Positions 61,914 through 64,000 of a stretch of DNA of 64,000 nt are shown one piece after another (positions within the stretch are counted from its first letter, which is position 1; every line of letters begins with the position of its first letter). The notes beneath the pieces were generated by a model. The model saw nothing but the letters and a program-made list of their open reading frames with translations, ran no database searches and was not told where the DNA came from. The translations under genes were made by a program, and so were the position numbers. The stretch is from an uncultured delta proteobacterium. Lineage in GTDB: Bacteria; Desulfobacterota; Syntrophia; Syntrophales; UBA2185. The DNA lies in assembly GCA_963695875.1 (NCBI GenBank), contig CAVOID010000011.1, positions 1 to 64,000 on the forward strand, written 5' to 3'.

Positions 61914-64000
61914 CGCGGCGGCGAACATCGATGTTGACATCGGCGGGACCTTCACCGATGCCCTGGTTTCCTGGAGGGGCAAGACGGTAGCGGTCAAGAC
62001 GCCGACAACCGGCTACAACCTTGCGGTCGGATTTATGCGGGCCTTGCAGGAATCGGCCGAAGTTCTCGGCATAGATGCAAAGAGCCTGCTTACGGAAACG
62101 GAGATGATCCGCTACTCCACGACTGTTGCTATGAATAAACTGCTGGAACGGAAAGGCCCCCGCCTCGGTTTGCTCACTACCCGGGGATTTGAGGACACCA
62201 TCCTGGTCGGCAAGGGGGCTCAGTGGGCGGATGGGCTGCCGGTCCGTGAACGCCGCAATGTCGCCCGGGCGGTGCGTCCCGAACCGCTTATCTCACGCGA
62301 CATGATCGAGGGGGTTAAAGAACGCGTCGATTCGAAGGGTGCGATTGTCGCCCCTCTCGACGAGGAGAATGTGCGGCAGAAGGTTCTCAGCCTGGTGGAT
62401 CGCGGCGCTCAGGGAATGGTAGTAGCCCTGCTATGGTCATATCTCAACCCTGTCCATGAGCGCCGCATCCGCGAGATCATCCGGGAGCTCTTCCCGGACT
62501 GTTACCTGGGAAGCACGCCGGTCTTCCTCTCGAGCGAGGTCCTGCCCAAGCGGTTTGAGTATACCAGGACGATGACGACCATCCTCAACGCTTACCTGCA
62601 CCAGTCACTCTGGGAGGAAACCCTGGTTATGAGCGAGGAGGTACGAGCCAAGGGGTATGGGCGTTCGCTCTATCTGGTGCATAACAGCGGCGGCATGGCC
62701 ACCGCGTTTAAAACCTCGGCGGTCCAGACCTACAACGGCGGGCCGGTGGCCGGATGCATGGGAGCATCCTTCCTGGCAGGGCAGATGGGTTTTGAAACCG
62801 TCGTCGTCGCCGATATGGGCGGAACGAGCTTTGACGTAAGCCTGGTCGAGCAGGGCCGCCCCGGCAGCCACGTGGCCCAGCCGCTCATCGACCGCTGGCA
62901 GGTCGGGATGGCCATGGTGGAAACTAAGTCCATTGGTGCGGGAGGCGGCTCGATAGCCTGGATCGATGAATCAGCTGGCCGCCGTCTTGAAGTCGGCCCG
63001 CAATCGGCGGGGTCCATACCCGGGCCTGCGGCCTACGATCAGGGCGGCTCGGAAGCAACGGTTACTGACGCCGATTTCGTCCTCGGCTATCTCAACCCGG
63101 ATTATTTCCACGGTGGCCGGATACCGATCAACCTGAAGAGGGTCCGGTCGGTTATCCAGGAGCGGATTGCCGGACCGCTTGGACTATCGGTTGAGGAAGC
63201 TGCCGTCCTCATCAGGAAGGTTCTCGACGCCCGGATGGGAGCAACCCTCTTCAAGGAAACTGCGCTCCGCGGTTACGACACGCGGCAGCTGACCCTGTTT
63301 GCCTGCGGAGGCGCCGGACCGGCACACTGTTGCGGCTTTGGAGCGGAAGCCCGCTTATCGCACATTATTACCTTTCCCTTCTCGCCCGTTTTCTGTGCCT
63401 TCGGCTCCTCGACCATGGATATAAGGCATGTCTACGAACAGTCCTGCCGCATTCAGATCCTAGAAGCGGGCGGAAAACAGTGGCTGAAGGATTACCCGTC
63501 CTTCAACAGGGTTATCGAGCGTCTCCGGGAACTGGCCCAGCGGGACATTCGCGGTGAGGGATTGCCTGTCGACCGGGCCCTCTATGAGCTTGAACTCGAT
63601 ATAAAGTTCGGCGGTCAGCTCAACATCAAACGGACCGTCTCGCCCCGGCTCGTCCTGCAGTCAGATGACGATGTCAAGGCTCTTTATGAGAAGTTTGTCT
63701 CCGCCTACTCCCGCGCCTACAGCCCCATCTCTGTTTTTCCGGCGGGTGGTGTGGAAATCCACAACTTCATCCTCCACGCCATCGTTCCCCGGCCGAAACC
63801 GGATCTGCCAAGGTACCGGCTGCACAGACAAACACCGTATATAACTGCGGTCAAAAAACCCCGGCCGGTCTATTGGCCCGAATTTGGCGATTTCCGGGAA
63901 ACACCGATCTACGAGGACGGTTCACTGGAGCCGGGCAATGTCATTGCAGGGCCGGCAATTATCGAGGCCCCCGATACGACCACGGTCGTCCCGCACGGAT
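61900..64000 (+). CDS. hydantoinase/oxoprolinase family, ApcC-like subunit (runs off right edge; absent from the ORF track)
   Basis: IDVDIGGTFTD, IRYSTTVAMN.LL.RKGPRLGLLTT, GAQWADG, ERVDSKG, DMGGTSFD, GAGGGSIA, GPAAYDQGG.EATVTDAD. Confidence 0.85.
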   Translation, partial: MVRRDAAANIDVDIGGTFTDALVSWRGKTVAVKTPTTGYNLAVGFMRALQESAEVLGIDAKSLLTETEMIRYSTTVAMNKLLERKGPRLGLLTTRGFEDTILVGKGAQWADGLPVRERRNVARAVRPEPLISRDMIEGVKERVDSKGAIVAPLDEENVRQKVLSLVDRGAQGMVVALLWSYLNPVHERRIREIIRELFPDCYLGSTPVFLSSEVLPKRFEYTRTMTTILNAYLHQSLWEETLVMSEEVRAKGYGRSLYLVHNSGGMATAFKTSAVQTYNGGPVAGCMGASFLAGQMGFETVVVADMGGTSFDVSLVEQGRPGSHVAQPLIDRWQVGMAMVETKSIGAGGGSIAWIDESAGRRLEVGPQSAGSIPGPAAYDQGGSEATVTDADFVLGYLNPDYFHGGRIPINLKRVRSVIQERIAGPLGLSVEEAAVLIRKVLDARMGATLFKETALRGYDTRQLTLFACGGAGPAHCCGFGAEARLSHIITFPFSPVFCAFGSSTMDIRHVYEQSCRIQILEAGGKQWLKDYPSFNRVIERLRELAQRDIRGEGLPVDRALYELELDIKFGGQLNIKRTVSPRLVLQSDDDVKALYEKFVSAYSRAYSPISVFPAGGVEIHNFILHAIVPRPKPDLPRYRLHRQTPYITAVKKPRPVYWPEFGDFRETPIYEDGSLEPGNVIAGPAIIEAPDTTTVVPHG

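Overview
A 64 kb chromosomal window from an anaerobic bacterium. The gene content (Hdr/Mvh proteins, selenoproteins, hyp genes, PAS sensors) suggests Desulfobacterota, probably Syntrophales-like; this taxonomy is an inference. From left to right: mtnA-like gene; sigma54-driven amtB-PII-glnA nitrogen operon; flotillin; aldehyde dehydrogenase; an 8-gene operon joining a 4-subunit 2-oxoacid:ferredoxin oxidoreductase to an HdrL-like flavoprotein, MvhD, an HdrD-like protein and a selenocysteine HdrA-MvhD fusion; a DDE insertion sequence; tRNA-Leu and tRNA-Ala; a livKHMGF-type ABC transporter; a decayed mazF cassette with an attC-like site; PAS signalling genes; a glycogen-synthase-like gene; glmM; hypAB and hypDF; a GAF-GAF protein; MORN-repeat genes; TlpA, an exported CxU seleno-rhodanese and an OB-fold protein; a ubiE/menG-type methyltransferase; and an acetophenone-carboxylase-like apcABC operon that runs off the right end. 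Many genes in 1-7 kb and 41-55 kb are split by 1-nt indels, most likely sequencing or assembly errors. Two in-frame UGA codons (16334 on +, 57126-57128 on -) look like real selenocysteine codons. All family assignments come from motif recognition by eye, with no database search.
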